Below are positions 63,386 through 64,000 of a DNA stretch of 64,000 nt, one piece after another. A program made the translations under genes and the position numbers. The stretch is from a virus: IMG/VR virus record IMGVR_UViG_3300049001_000029, positions 5,152 through 69,151 of that record; one strand, given 5' to 3'. The notes below the pieces were generated by a model that was not told the DNA's origin, searched no databases, and saw nothing but the letters and a program-made list of their open reading frames with translations. Position 1 is the first letter of the stretch. Every line of letters begins with the position of its first letter.

Positions 63386-64000
63386 TCATCGTGTCGCCTC
63401 CACACCGGAAGAGGAGCCAGTGCCAGCCAACGGCCGACCCGCGATATCCACTTCGCGGATCACCATCGCTCGCGGGGCTTTCGCTTTCGCGGCACCACCA
63501 CCAGTCAACGGGCGCAGATCAGACAGCGCGACTGTGCATTCCAACCACCGGGTGGCCTGCGAGTCGTAGTCCGACGCTTGAGCCGGAGACGGAGAGAAAT
63601 GCAATCCGTTGCCGCATTCGTCGGTGTCCCGCCAGTCGTCGCAGGACACTTCAGAGCCGATCTCATAAAGGGCGCCGTGCGCGGATTTCAGGTCAGCACG
63701 AACCGCTTTGTAGACGGTGATGGTGTCGCCCGTGATCTGGGCACCGTGATAAGCAGCCCACACGGATGGAACAGATTCGTCCACGGTCGTGTGGTCGATC
63801 AGCACTCCACCTTCGATTCGGGCGAACCCAGAATGCAGGTGCACCGCAGTGTGGCTCCCGGCCGTCACCGTGGACTCGCCGCAGGCCGTCACCGTGGACT
63901 TGCCGTAGGCCCTCACCGTGGACTTGCCGTAGGCCCTCACCGTGGACTTGCCGTAGGCCCTCACCGTGGACTTGCCGTAGGCCGTCACCGTGGACTTGCC
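63386..64000 (-). CDS. Phage protein with TVRAYGKS repeats (5'-truncated by window)
   Basis: 8-aa repeats then VYKAV...YEIG...CGNGLHF. Confidence 0.7.
   Translation of the reverse strand, partial: GKSTVTAYGKSTVRAYGKSTVRAYGKSTVRAYGKSTVTACGESTVTAGSHTAVHLHSGFARIEGGVLIDHTTVDESVPSVWAAYHGAQITGDTITVYKAVRADLKSAHGALYEIGSEVSCDDWRDTDECGNGLHFSPSPAQASDYDSQATRWLECTVALSDLRPLTGGGAAKAKAPRAMVIREVDIAGRPLAGTGSSSGVEATR
63866..64000 (-). repeat. 24-bp coding tandem repeat
   Basis: CACCGTGGACTTGCCGTAGGCC(C/G)T-type units at 63866, 63890, 63914, 63938, 63962, 63986 (partial). Confidence 0.9.

Noticed and set aside
63866-64000. 24-bp repeats as CRISPR
   Set aside because: Contiguous, no spacers, in frame encoding TVRAYGKS
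1-64000. Integrase, transposase or att pair delimiting the prophage
   Set aside because: No tyrosine/serine recombinase or transposase motifs recognised; boundaries are probably outside the window

Overview
High-GC window holding most of an actinobacterial siphovirus/prophage genome. The host is probably a filamentous actinomycete such as a Pseudonocardiales member (inference from gene content). Layout: (i) 1-9.8 kb (+): AICE/plasmid-like conjugation block (FtsK/TraB translocase, membrane proteins, YdjM-like hydrolase, candidate clt repeats), a divergent RHH switch and an XRE-TPR regulator. (ii) 10.2-42.8 kb (-): HK97-type late operon (TerS, TerL, portal, protease, capsid, connectors, tail tube, -1 frameshifted tail chaperones, tape measure, tail proteins, DUF1906 endolysin, holin), carrying an embedded cassette of nucleoside phosphorylase, His-rich secreted peptide, sortase substrate and class F sortase. 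(iii) 43-47.7 kb: + strand cassettes, each driven by one repeated leaderless promoter/operator, including RuvB, Ku and two paralogous HTH proteins, interleaved with an HNH nuclease. (iv) 47.7-64 kb (-): early/replication genes (C1 peptidase, Lsr2, prim-pol/helicase with iteron-like origin, endonuclease VII, SF2 helicase, PD-(D/E)xK exonuclease). Highlights: the terminase nuclease-site aspartates appear replaced, the phage carries a sortase plus substrate, TraB is linked to a full virion operon, and there is a leaderless promoter regulon. No integrase, CRISPR array, rRNA or intact tRNA was seen. All family calls come from motif recognition by eye, not database searches.
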